A stretch of 64,000 nucleotides of DNA from Mobula hypostoma (taxonomy: Eukaryota). Where the stretch lies: the NCBI RefSeq assembly GCF_963921235.1, contig NC_086108.1, positions 28,584,001 to 28,648,000 on the forward strand. The letters are read 5' to 3'. The translations under genes and the position numbers were made by a program. Shown one piece after another: positions 54,062 to 64,000 of the stretch; position 1 is the stretch's first letter, and every line of letters begins with the position of its first letter. The notes below the pieces were generated by a model. That model was not told the origin of the DNA. It saw only the letters and a list, made by a program, of their open reading frames with translations, and searched no databases.

Positions 54062-55140
54062 GGTCTACCAACATTTAGAAAAGCAAGGATTGATAAAGAA
54101 TAGTCATCATGACTTTGTGTATGGGAAATAGAAACTTACACATTTGATTGAGTTCGTTTGAGGATATAATGAAGAAAACTAATGACAGCAAGGCAGTAAA
54201 CAAGTCTATATGGACTTTAGTCAGGCCTTTGTCAAAGTAGATTAGCTTGGAAGGTTAGATCATATGGGATTCAGAGTAAGCTAGATAGAGTTAGCTTGGT
54301 GGAAGGAGATAGAGGGTAGTAGTGCAGGGTCACTACTAGATTGGAGGCATGTGACCAGCACTGTATTGCATGCATCAGTGCTGTTGGTCATCACCTATAT
54401 TAATGATTTGAATGACAATGCTGCTAACATGGCTTTTAACTTTGTGGTTGACACCAAAGTTGGCGGTCTGGTTGACAGTGAAGGAAGTTGTCTAAGATTA
54501 CAACAGGATCTGGCTGAATTAAGGAAGTGGGCTAAGGAACAACAGAAGGAATTTAACTTGGACTAGTGCAAGAGTTGCATTTTGCAAGTTAAACCAGAAC
54601 AGAGCTTAACACAGGAGAACAGCAAAACAGAGAGACCTGCAAATACAGGTACCTAGTTCTTGCAAGTGGAAACACAGGGTGGTGAAGAAGCAGTTTGGCC
54701 TACTTGTCCGCTGGTTAGGCATATCATGTTGCAAATTTGCAATCTGTTGGTAAAACCACACTTGGAGTACTGTGTGCACTTCTGGTTGCCCAGCTACAGG
54801 AAAGATGTCATGAAACTGGAAACGATGCATAAAAGGTTCATGAGGATGCTATGACGATAGGTAACCTTCAACTATGAGGGGAGGCAGGATAGGCTGAGAC
54901 TTTATTCGAAGGAACATGGGAAACTCAGAGGTGAACTTATAGAGGTCTATAAAATCATGAGGGTCATATATAAGGTGAATAGGAAGTCGACACTATGAGG
55001 CATGATTTAAAATAGGTGGGGAATGATTTAAAAGGGATCTGAAGGGAATCTTTTTCATACAGTGGGTCATGAATATATGGACTGAGCTGCCAAAGGAAGC
55101 TATATAGGTGGGTACATTTACAATATTTAATAGGCATTAG
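54062..55140 (+). mobile_element. Old CR1 LINE (its 5' part lies at about 52130-52250, before the Rex1 insertion)
   Basis: TYINDL, FVVDTKVGG, LVKPHLEYCVHFW. The upstream piece encodes a YRLVSLT-like motif. Confidence 0.75.
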
Positions 55141-56269
55141 CTACATGCTTTTACTGCAAACAACCACTTCAAGCCAATTCCATATGTTAGAATTTTGCAA
55201 CGATTGTTCAGGTTCTTGGATAGATAGTCTTACGATCTGCAAGACTTATCTTCCCACCTCTGTTTATGCACAGTAACTCTTTCCCACACCACCTCACCCC
55301 ACCCCACCATCTTACACAAAATGTAATGTGCTCATAGATGATTTGTTTGCTAATTTGAGAAAATCTAAGCAACCACTTCAGCTACTCGGCTCTTCCACTT
55401 CCAACCTCCAAAATAACTACTGTTTCACTGCTTCCATCTTGTTCCAGCACAACCTTCCAGTACACTGGAATCTCAGGCAACCAACCTTGATGACAACATT
55501 CATTGACATAACACATATTTTGATGGACATGCCAATGTTACCCAGCAACAGCTCTCTCCAACTCATCTCGGTCTTATTCCTGCTTCTATGCTGTCAGGGC
55601 AAAAATATATATTCAAATTAAGGAAAGCATACTTTGCCTTTAAAATCAATCAAAGGACTTTCTTCCCTTCACGTAAGGGATCAAGAAAGATTCTTCAAGC
55701 AAATACAAGCCATTTTTGAAAAGTAATAAAGATCATTGCACCCAGCAATCATTTTGTTTTTGGATATTTGTACAAGAAATTGCAGAAGAAAACATGAGCT
55801 TTTTTTGTTCATCTGCAATCTGGTATGCTCTTATAACTGCCGCAAGTTTCCCATGGGTGTTGGTGCAATATAACAAATATGGCAAGTGAAGCGATAAAAT
55901 GCAGGGTTTTGCTTCATTACTACACATTAACAAAAGGGACCTCAGGCAAGCACTTGTACAAATGAAAATAGCTCAAGGGCCTATATATCATAACTTTCCC
56001 TTAAATAAGGAAAAACCAAAATCCCTGCTGGATTGTAGAAAACACTAAACACAAAATAATGGGAGACAAAGAAATGGCAGACAAACCAATTAAGTACAGT
56101 ATTTTGTGTCCGTCTTCACTGTGGAAGACACTAGCAGAATGCTCGAAAGCTTAAGTGGTGTCAGGGGTCAGAAGTAACTGTTTACAAAATAGAGGAGATG
56201 CATGTGAGGCCATCATTAATGGTGGAGGAAGGGAAACCCCATTTTTAGAAGAAGAACATATCTGATGTC

Positions 56270-57552
56270 CTGGATTGCCATCACCTTCCACCTAGCCCTA
56301 ACCCACCTGCACAAAAAAGGCACGTACGTTCGAATGCTGTTCATAGACTTCAGTTCAGCATTCAACACAATCATTCGTCAGAAACTGATTGGAAAGCTGA
56401 GCCTACTGGGCCTGAACACCTCCCTCTGCAACTGGATCCTAGACTTCCTGACTGGGAGACCTCAGTCAGTCCGGACTGGAAGCAGCATCTCCAACACCAT
56501 CACACTGAGCACGCGGGTCCACCAGGGCTGTGTGCTCAGTCCACTGCTGTTCACTCTGCTGACCCACGACTGTGCAGTAACACACAGCTCGAACCACATC
56601 ATCAAGTTCGCTGATGACACGACTGTGGTGGGTCTCATCAGCGAGAACGATGAGTCAGCAGACAGAGAGGCAGTGCAGTGGCTAACGGACTGGTGCAGAG
56701 CCAACAACCTGTCTCTGAATGTAAACAAAACAAAAGAGATGGTTGTTGACTTCAGGAGGACATGGAACGACCACTCTCCGCTGAACATCGACAACTCCTC
56801 CATAGAGATTGTAAGAGCACCAAATTTATTGGTGTTCACCTGGCGGAGAATCTCATCTGTTCCCTCAACACCAGCTCCACAGCAAAGAAGGCCCAGCAGC
56901 GTCTCTACTTTCTGAGAAGGCTCAGAAAAGTCCATCTCCCACCCCCCATCCTCACCACATTCTACAGAGGTTGTATTGAGAGCATCCTGAGCAGCTGCAT
57001 CACGGCCTGGTTCGGAAATTGCACCATCTCGGATTGCAAGACCCTGCAGCGGATAGTGAGGTCAGCTGAGAAGATCATCGGGGTCTCTCTTCCTGCCATT
57101 AAAGACATATACACCACATGCTGCATCCATAAAGCAAACAGCATTATGAGGAACACCACGTACCCCTCATACAAACTCTTCTCCCTCCTGCCATCTGGCA
57201 AAAGGCACCGAAGCATTCAGGCTCTCACAACCAGACTATGTAACAGTTTCTTCCCCCAAGCCATCAGACTCCTCAATATCCAGAGCCTAGACTGACACCA
57301 ACCTACTGCCCTCTACTGTACATATTGTCTTGTTTATTATTTATTGTAATGCCAGCACTGTTTTGTGCGCTTTATGCAGTCCTGGGTAGGTCTGTAGTCT
57401 AGTGTAGTTTTGTGTTGTTTTACGTAGTTCAGTGTAGCTTTTGTGTTGTTCCATGTAGCACCATGGTCCTGAAAAACGTTGTCTCGTTTTTACTGTGTAC
57501 TGTACCAGCAGTTATGGTCGAAATGACAATAAAAAGTGAGTTGACTTGACTT
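56270..57552 (+). mobile_element. Well-preserved Rex1/Babar LINE 3' half with one frameshift
   Basis: [49 protein letters not shown]; tail (gactt)n. Confidence 0.93.
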
Positions 57553-57629
57553 GGATAGAAAAGCCTCATCCTGGGAACAGATGCAGCAGACATGAAGGAA
57601 CTAAGAAAAGGGAATAGCATTTCAATGGT

Positions 57630-59285
57630 CAAAGTTTTTATTATGAAAGTACATGTATGTCACCACAACCCTGAGATTTATTTTCTTGTGGGCATACTCA
57701 TTAAATCTACAGAATAGTAACCATAACAGAATCAGTGAAAGACCGCCCAACTAGGGTGTTCAAACAGAACGCAGAAAACAACAAATGCAATACATATTTA
57801 TATATGCAAATGCAAATATAAATAAATAGCAAAGAATATCAAGAACATGAGATGAAGAGTCCTTGAAAATGAGTCCATTGGTTAAGGGGACATTTCAATG
57901 ATAGAGTTCATGATATGCGTGAAGTTATTCCCTTTTGTTGAAGAGCCTGATGGTTGAAGGGTAGTAACTGTTCCTGAACTGGTGGTGCAAGTCCTGAGGT
58001 ACCTTCTACCTGCAGCAAGAGGACAGCATTATCTGGGAAGTGGAGATCCCTGATGATGGACGCTGCTTTCTTACAACAGCGTTTCATGTAGGTGTATTCA
58101 ATGGTTGGGATGGACTGGGCTGAATCCAGTACTTTTTGTAGGATTTTCTGTTCAAGGGCATTAGTGTTTCCATATCAGGCTGTGATGCAGCCAGTCAATA
58201 TACTCTCCACTACACATGTATGGAAGTTTGTCAAAATTTTAGATGCCATGTTGAATCTCTACAAACTCCTAAGGAAGTCGAGGTACTGCCATGTGTTCTT
58301 TGCACATGCATTTCCGTGCTGGACCCAGGACAGATGCTCTGAAATAGTAACAACTAGGAACCTAAAGTTGCTAGCCTTCTCTACCTCTGATCCTCCAATG
58401 AGGACTGGCTCATGGACCTCTCCTGAAGTCTATAATCAGTTCCTCGCTCTTGCTGAAATTGAGTGAGAGGTTGTTGTTATGACACCACTCAGCCTGTTTT
58501 TCAATCTCCCTCCTATATGCTGATTCATCACCACCTTAGATTCAGACAATGACAGCGGTGTCATCAGCAAACTTGAATATGGCAATGGAGCTGTACTTAG
58601 CCACACAGCCATAAGTTTAAAGTGAGTAAAGCAGTGGTTAAGCATACAGCCTTGTGGTGCACCTGAACTGACTGGGGTCTACAAGCGAGGAATCCCAGAT
58701 CCAATTGCGCATGAGGTCTTGAGGCCAAGGTCTTGGAGCTTATTGATTAGTTTTGAGGGGATATGGTATTGAATGCCGAGCTGCAGCCCGTGAAGAGCGT
58801 CCTGATGTATGCATCTTCACTGTCCAGATGTTTCAGAGTTGAGTGAAGAGCCAATAAGATGGCATCTGCTGTGGACTTATTGCACCTGTAGCCACAATGG
58901 AGCAGATCCAAGTCCCCTCTCAAGGAGCTGATACGTCATCTCACCAACCTCTCAAAATGCTTCATCACTGTGGGTGTAAGTACATCGAGGCATGTCACCA
59001 CATTCCTCTTGGACGCCAGTATAATTGAAGCCTGCCTGAAGAAGGTGAGTACCACACATTACCAAAGCAACAGGTTAATGATCTCAGAGAATACACCAGT
59101 CAGTTGATCAGCATAAATCTTTAGTATGTGACCAGGTACCCCGTCAAGTCCGGATGCCTTTCATGGGTTCACCTTCCTGAAGGCAGCCCACACGTCAGCT
59201 TCAGAGACTGAAATTATAGGTTCACAAGGGGATGTAGGAGTTTGTGATGGTTCCTCAATGTTCTGAGGGTCAAAGCAAGCATAGT
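57630..59285 (-). mobile_element. Degenerate Rex1/Babar LINE
   Basis: Resembles the reverse complement of the same RT and 3' UTR family seen at 2425-5060. Confidence 0.78.
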
Positions 59286-59380
59286 GCCTCATTTGATGAC
59301 CAAGTTGCTGAATGGCACACTTTCACATTTTTGGAGTAACATACTTACCTAGCATTATACCAAATAGTATTTTTAATTCT

Positions 59381-59510
59381 TTCTGAAGAAGGGTCTCGGC
59401 TTGAAATGTTGACTGTTTACTTCCATCGCTGTGGCCTGGCCTGCTGAGATCCTCCAGCATTTTGTGTGTGCTGCTCTGGATTTCCAGTATCTGCAAAAAA
59501 TCTTGTGTTT
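59381..59510 (+). mobile_element. Penelope pLTR fragment with degenerate hammerhead core
   Basis: CTGAAGA-agggtctcggctt-GAAA-tgttgactg is followed by the pLTR body (ggcctgctgag...ccagcattttgtgtgt). Confidence 0.75.
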
Positions 59511-60599
59511 TTAATACTGTGCATTATTTACAGATATTCCTAAATTTGTAACTTATCAAGCTTTCAATATATCTGTACTCCTCAATTTTAATTGTTCTGT
59601 CATTAGCCATCATGCCTTTAGCTACCTAAGGCAAAAAAGTCTGGAATTCCTGGAATTCCTTCATTAATCTTCTCTGTCTCCTTCTTTTCAGTACAGCTCC
59701 CTCAAAACCAAACTTTCAGTCATTTGTTCAGCTTACATGGCTCTGGTCCACACAGAAGTGCATTAGAATAGATTTGGTATTAGTCTGTTGAGTGCTCCTG
59801 GGTTCGAGTTTTTGCTTCAGAATTTCACCAACAGGTATGTTTTACTACATTAATGACCTATATTTGTATTTATTCTTTTGGAAAGGCTGCCGTGAGCAAG
59901 GTCTGTATTTATTAGCCATTCCTCATCAGACTTGAGAAATTAGTGTGAGCCATCTTCTTGAATCACTGCTGATCTTCTGGTGAAGATATACCCATAACAC
60001 TTTTGGGAAATAGGTCCAAGATTTTGACCCAGCAATCTTAAAGGACAAACAATTATTTCCAAGTCAATGACTTGGGGAACCCGCAGAAAGCGGTGTTCTC
60101 ATGTGCTGCCTTTGTCCTCAATGATAGATGTCACAAACTTCGGAGGTGTTGTCGGAGGAAGCAAGGCAATAAAATGCAATGCATCTTGCAAGCAAAACAC
60201 TTGGTACACATCGTGTACCAGTGGTGTAAGGAAGGAATATTTAGTATGGTTGATGGGCATCAATTAAGGGGGATGATTTATTCTGAATGGCATCCAGTTT
60301 TTTGACAGCTATTGGAACTGCACACATTCAGGCAAGTGAAGAGTATTTTCGATGTGCCTTTTAGAAAGTGCAAAGGCATTTAGGCAGCAGATGCCCAGTG
60401 AATGATGACCGATGGGATGCTGGGGGAACTCAGCAATTACTGTGGCACTGAATGTCAAGCGTAGGATGTTAATATTCTTGCTTGCTGGAGACAGTCATTG
60501 CCTGGCACTTCTGTGCTACAAATCTTACTTGCTACTTATCAGCCCATGCATCAATGTTGAAAGTATCCTGAACAGTTACATAATGATGTAGTACAATAA

Positions 60600-61075
60600 T
60601 TGGAATGCACAGCAACATAAGAAGCTGTAGATAGAAATGGACTCAGCATAATACATCATGGCACATCACTCCCCCATCTTCGATAGTATCGACATGGGGC
60701 ACTGCTTCAAGAAGACAACATGTACCAATACACAATCATGGACATGCCATCAGCTGCCACCAGGCAGGAGGTACAGAAGTCCCCCACTACCAGTTTCAAA
60801 ACAACTAGTGCCCTTCAACCATTCAGTTCTTGAGCCAACAGGCACAACACTAACTATAGCAACACTATGATCACTTTACACTAAAATGGACTTATTTTGT
60901 TCTAATTGTGTTCTTTCTTGTAAATATTGCGTATAAATTTTACACAATTTATGCTTTTCTTGTGACTGCTGCTTATCTAATGCTATGTGCCTGTGATACT
61001 TATGCAAGTAAGTTTTTCATTACACCTGTGCATACATGTACTTGTGTATATGACAATAAACTCTTCTTCGACTTC
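60600..61075 (+). mobile_element. Rex1/Babar 3' end remnant
   Basis: QLPPGRRYRS; 3' UTR ending gacaataaac. Confidence 0.6.
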
Positions 61076-61436
61076 TAAGTTCTACTGCATTGGAGAGGTA
61101 CTGAATTTACTGCATCAATAATTACATACCCTGAAACAGAAGCTGACAAATGAAAATTGTGCTTCTTTTTGTGAGACTCATAGTTGACAAACTCAGTCTT
61201 TCTTGGGCTTCCTTATGGAACCTTAAGTTGACTATGATACTGTTTTAACAAAATATCAAAGTAATAAAGCAGTTTTTGGTGAATAATGGAGCCAATTGTC
61301 ATTTCAAACAGATTCTAGTTTCTTAAGAGTCCATTCACTTTTCTTACCTCATAAGAATTAGAGCAAAGTTAAAGATAATTTTCAATCACGTACTGCACAT
61401 TTATTAAAATATAACTTATCTGTGTACATACATCTA

Positions 61437-62001
61437 TTGATGCTTCTGGACACATCTTCAGTGATGTTCCTGGAATCATCGGGTGTTTCGGGTCTTTCAA
61501 CATCATACAACCTCCTCCAGTTGACCCAGCCGGGGCTGATCAGACCCCAGCTTGTGTCCAGATGGCTAGCTACTTATGGCTCCATGGCTCCCCTCTTTTG
61601 AGCCACAGCCATCTTGAGGCCCTCTCTGCCGTATTGGTGGTACTGTGGATGGCTCTCCTCTTCCTCTCTCCCTCGATTCCCAAAATGTTGAAGGCTCTAA
61701 CTAAAGAACGGGCTACGAATCCCCTACAACCAACCTCCACTGGGAGACACCTCGCTCTCCATCCAGCCGGCTGACAGTTGCTGACCAGTCCTGCGTACTT
61801 GGAGAGCTTCCTTTCAAAGGCCTCTTCCAAGCTATCTTCCCATGGGACTGTCAGCTCCAGCAGCACCACTTGCTTAGTAGATTCAGACACTAGGACAATG
61901 TCTGGTCTCAGGGTGGTGGCTGCGATATGGTTGGGGAACTTCAGCTGCCCTTTGAGGTCCACCAACAGCTGCCAGTCCCTAGCAGAGGTCAGAATGCCTG
62001 C
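61437..62001 (-). mobile_element. 5'-truncated non-LTR retrotransposon with restriction-like endonuclease (HERO/R2-Hero-like): C-terminal RLE domain plus 3' UTR
   Basis: ORF 61570..61965 has RPDIVL...ELTVPWE...ERKLSKY...GW...PVEVGCRG, the PD-(D/E)xK RLE signature. It extends upstream in frame as AGILTSARDWQLLVDL. The stop at 61570 is followed by a structured UTR of about 130 nt. Confidence 0.85.
61449..61520 (-). ncRNA. Candidate non-circularly permuted hammerhead ribozyme in the LINE 3' UTR
   Basis: Minus strand: CUGGA gga GGUUG-UA|UGAUGUU gaaa GACCC-GAAA-CACCC gaugau UCCAG g AACAUCA-CUGAAGA-U-GUGUC. Stem I is 7/7 bp, stem III is 4/5 bp plus a 5-bp extension, stem II is 4/5 bp. The CUGANGA, GAAA and GUA core elements are intact. 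Confidence 0.75.
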
Positions 62002-62387
62002 CCATGTTCAAATAAATGCACGGGAGACCTTGAATTTGAAAATAATAGCAGAGAACGGAGAAGATTGTACTCAACCCAATTGTATGACCGTAAGTAGATG
62101 AATTTAAGAAATGAGCAGATCCTTCAGACATGAAATTGCTAGACTTAGAGAAATTGCAACTGAACAGTCCATGTAATAAATAATTGCAAGGTGCAATTTA
62201 ACATATGGAAGTAAAACATGAGAATAAACTTACAACTTTTTCTGCACTTAAATCCAGGACTACCTTTATATGTTAAAACTACAATACAAAGCTACTGCCA
62301 TTGGCAAATCTATGAATTTATGTGCGCAACTGGAAATGCAGCCATTTAGTTAAATAAATACATGTGAAAGCCATTCAGTTAACATAC

Positions 62388-62467
62388 CTAATCGTTTCCT
62401 CCTGGTAAAGACTGCTGACCACTGGACCACCAAATCGTACTTTCAGATCAGAGTCCTTCAGTAAATC
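62388..62467 (-). CDS. ACBD6: ACBD6 internal coding exon (linker between the acyl-CoA-binding domain and the ankyrin repeats), 80 nt
   Basis: Minus strand reads tttcag|GATTTA...ACGATTAG|gtatgt and translates DLLKDSDLKVRFGGPVVSSLYQEETI(R). This resembles the vertebrate ACBD6 segment FGGPVISSLYHEETIR as I recall it. It ends in phase 2, matching the next exon. Confidence 0.93.
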
Positions 62468-62654
62468 CTGAAACACAATCAAAAAAGTTAATATAATTGT
62501 AATTCTTGCAATGTTAAAGGCACTGTTAGAATATCTTCACACTTATTACATTGAGCAAACATTCTTGAAAAGGTCACTGGTGTAGCCCAGCAACATATAT
62601 TTATTTATAAACCTGCCAATCATTTGCTTTGGTCAATTGCAGACACTTTAACAC

Positions 62655-62784
62655 GACGAAGGGTCTCGGCCGAAACGTCAACTGTACCTCTTCCTAGAGA
62701 TGCTGCCTGGCCTGCTGCGTTCACCAGCAACTTTGATGTGTGTTGCTTAAAATTCCAGCATCCGCAGATTTTCTCGTGTTTGCG
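62655..62784 (+). mobile_element. Solo Penelope pLTR insertion, 130 bp, starting inside the hammerhead core
   Basis: Reads gacgaagggtctcggccgaaacgtcaactgtacc...ctcgtgtttgcg and is flanked by the 10-bp direct repeat actttaacac (62645-62654 and 62785-62794). Confidence 0.88.
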
Positions 62785-64000
62785 ACTTTAACACTATAAT
62801 GGTTTAAGTAAACCCCCATCATAAGTAAACAATAGTCCACTAGGAGATTCCAACTTGCTGATCAGAGGTAAAAAGGACATTAAAAAATCCTATGTACTAG
62901 CTTCTACAATCCTGACATGCAATTCGAACAATTCTTAGTTGTCCTCCAACTGATGGCCACAGCCTTGTGCTGCGCTGTTAATTTATATTAATCCATATCT
63001 GATTTTATGAAAGACAGGATTCTTCAATATAAATCATCATAAGAAATCACTATTTATTATTCACTGCTGCTTCATTCTCTAAATATCCAGTGATCTGTAC
63101 AAGAACATCCTGGTCTCATTGATAACCTAGAACTTTCAGTCACTCATCATTTAAAAATGTCTGCTCTTCTATTTTTACGTTTTTGTAAACATAATTTCCA
63201 CATTATTTTCTCGTTCCTATGCCTTTGCCTCTTTATAAGATCTTCCATTTCCATATGAAACCCATGTACATTGTAATTCACAACTCCACCCAGCTTTTTA
63301 AATCAAGAGCATACTACCACTTAATCCCCAAATCCGATTCACTGATACAGATTATGATTAGCTGGAACCCTGGCACCAATAATGATCAACCTACTATTAC
63401 AGGATTTCACTCATTCGAGGGACCACTTTGTTCAGTCAGCAATGAATTATAAAATCATCACAAACCACATAGAAAAAATAAGTATACACTACCAGTATGA
63501 AATGCAAATGTCTAAGCACACCATCCAAATATCCATCAACAGAATATTGTCTTAGTTATGCCCCAAGGTTGATCCCGTTGTTCCTAGCACTGTCCTTCCA
63601 CAAGACTCCACAGTTTAAGTCACAAAAACTGTATAGACCTAGTAGCAGTCCAATGAATCTATAGCTGACTGCTTTTGGAGGGAGATGTTAAGTACACATT
63701 TTTATATCTTTACAAACTTATGCACATGACTTTACCAGTGTTAGGACTATTAGTTCAGCACATATCCCTACTGGCATCATACTACACACACCCCTGTCTG
63801 AAACAATAATGCTCCTCACTGTTTGTGTTTCAACCTGCCCTTTCTCAGCAATTCTTTACAGAGCACATTAATAACTGTTCAAAAATTAAGGATACTTGCT
63901 AAAAGGGAAGTCTTTAGCTGCTCTAGCAGTGAAATGAGAAGAGAGAAAAAACACAGCAAAAGGAACAAAATCAGGGAGAACCAACCAAATTGTAACAGCT

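Noticed and set aside
56462..58466. Antisense ORFs of 84-157 aa
   Set aside because: They are shadow frames of Rex1/Babar RT sequence.
61495..61498. First GAAA as the hammerhead core in a conventional topology
   Set aside because: It is followed by GACCC, which has no partner ending in an NUH triplet. Only the second GAAA (61489-61486) gives consistent stems II and III.

Overview
Vertebrate genomic DNA, most likely from a cartilaginous fish such as a ray (inferred from the CR1, Rex1/Babar, Penelope and HE1-like SINE repeat content). The window lies inside the ACBD6 gene on the minus strand. Three short coding exons (80, 106 and 90 nt, all GT-AG and in phase) are separated by long introns full of retrotransposons (Rex1/Babar, CR1, L2, Penelope, a HERO-type RLE LINE, tRNA SINEs) and DNA transposons (Tc1, mariner MITE, hAT, Tigger). 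Most ORFs in the supplied track are transposon fragments or noise. The most unusual signal is in the 3' UTR of the HERO-like LINE fragment (61449-61520, minus strand). It contains every hammerhead ribozyme core element with complementary stems, but the three strands are in a non-circularly permuted, fully pseudoknotted order. The window also holds several Penelope-type minimal hammerhead motifs, a complex fold-back rearrangement at about 53 kb, and composite hAT elements carrying cargo. Repeat family names are from motif recognition, not database searches.
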